Below, one piece after another: positions 63,207 through 64,000 of a stretch of 64,000 nucleotides of DNA. The notes under the pieces are model-generated. The model was not told the DNA's origin, made no database searches, and was given only the letters and a program-made list of their open reading frames with translations. The position numbers and the translations under genes were made by a program. Origin of the DNA: Burkholderiales bacterium (GTDB taxonomy: Bacteria; Pseudomonadota; Gammaproteobacteria; Burkholderiales; SG8-39); assembly GCA_035499735.1 (NCBI GenBank), contig DATJYC010000001.1, forward strand, positions 46,016-110,015, in the 5' to 3' direction. Position 1 is the first letter of the stretch; each line of letters begins with the position of its first letter.

Positions 63207-64000
63207 TCAGAATTGGCTGAAGAAGCCGCGCACCGCAGCGGCGCAGAACGGCGGCACCAGCGTGCCGTGGTAGGCCTGCGTGACGGCCGCTGCACCACCG
63301 TCGGTTGCGCCCGCGTTTATCGCCGCCTGGGCTGTCGCTTGTTTGGCCCCTGCAAAACCGACCTTCGCTGCAGCGAACGGATCGCTCGGCCCGGTTGGCG
63401 CAGAGTCAACGTCGAGCACAGTTAGGGCATTGGGCGGCAAAACCCCTGCCCAGTAAGCCTGCATGGTGAGAGCGTTTACACTGAAATAGATGGTTGGATC
63501 AGCGTTCCCGCCGCACAGCAGAGTCGCCGCGTTCGGAGCCCAGGCGGTGCGCAGGTCGTTGGTGTAGAGGGCGAGGCGCGCGGGTTGGGTGGGAGGTACC
63601 GCAGCCCTCGGTACGCCTGCGGTCGGCGGCGTCGTCAGCGCACCGTCTGGATTCCCGAATACATCTTCCATATAAGCCAGACGCCAACTGTTTTGCGTCA
63701 GAAAACCCGTCGCGGCGAAGCCGAGCGCGAACAGGGGCGCCTGCGCCGGCGGCGTGGTCGGCGGCGTGTTGGCGACGAAGAAGGCGTCGAGCTGGGGTAT
63801 CGCGCCGTTGGTCGTCGGCGGCGTGCTGCTGAACGCCGCAGTCTGCGGGAGCTTCCCTTGCTGGAACAGCGTCGCGAGCGGCGTATTGCTCGGCAGGATC
63901 GCGTCGATCGTGGCGGCGTACGGGGCCGCATAGATATTGCTCGCGTCTGTCGGAGATTGGTAGAAGTTTCCGTAAGCCCGCTGATAGCTCGTCGAGAGCA
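63207..64000 (-). CDS. putative secreted alpha/beta-hydrolase (lipase/esterase-like), C-terminal part; 5' end beyond window
   Basis: Manual translation shows the frame stays open upstream of the track's Met (63671) to position 64000 (...NIYAAPYAATIDAILPSN...). The C-terminal LLCGGNADPTIYFSVN and QAYHGTLVPPFC resemble the Asp and His strands of a hydrolase triad. The family is not firmly recognised. Confidence 0.45.
   Translation of the reverse strand, partial: LSTSYQRAYGNFYQSPTDASNIYAAPYAATIDAILPSNTPLATLFQQGKLPQTAAFSSTPPTTNGAIPQLDAFFVANTPPTTPPAQAPLFALGFAATGFLTQNSWRLAYMEDVFGNPDGALTTPPTAGVPRAAVPPTQPARLALYTNDLRTAWAPNAATLLCGGNADPTIYFSVNALTMQAYWAGVLPPNALTVLDVDSAPTGPSDPFAAAKVGFAGAKQATAQAAINAGATDGGAAAVTQAYHGTLVPPFCAAAVRGFFSQF

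Overview
High-GC, almost fully coding chromosomal window. Gene order looks betaproteobacterial (Burkholderiales/Rhodocyclales-like); this is inferred from synteny and the abundance of Bug-family binding proteins, not from any search. About 1-35.3 kb is conserved housekeeping: nagZ'-acpS-pdxJ-recO-era-rnc-DUF4845-lepB-lepA-mucD-rseB-rseA-rpoE, a ygfX-like gene, fabF-acpP-fabG-fabD-fabH-plsX-rpmF-yceD, DUF4124-maf-methyltransferase, sppA-Rieske-HAD-rluC divergent from rne, a LMW phosphatase, a Bug/M24-fold cassette, uvrB-bioA-bioD-bioF-aldolase-Bug and tRNA-Asn. rpmF (59 aa) is below the ORF-track cutoff and was found by manual translation. About 35.3-48.5 kb, between tRNA-Asn and ftsB, looks accessory. 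It holds a dCache-HAMP-GGDEF cyclase and a DSF-type quorum-sensing locus: an RpfF-like crotonase convergent with an rpfG-rpfC operon. It also holds an EctD-like dioxygenase with a SAF-domain oxidoreductase, and a putative sigma-54 promoter driving a small secreted protein and two orphan binding proteins. From 48.5 kb onward: ftsB-eno-kdsA-pyrG, acetoacetyl-CoA synthetase, ETF-QO, TetR, acyl-CoA dehydrogenase, etfAB, a CoA-transferase, ompW and a partial hydrolase. The most interesting item is that the rpfG-rpfC operon continues into a private acyl carrier protein and an intact Cys-His-His ketoacyl-ACP synthase, where Xanthomonas-type loci have rpfB. Both rpf promoter regions carry TGGAAT repeat motifs. 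No CRISPR arrays, IS elements, integrases or rRNA genes were seen. Many long ORFs in the track are antisense or 5'-extended artefacts of high GC. All calls come from reading the sequence and recalling protein families; no searches or computations were run.
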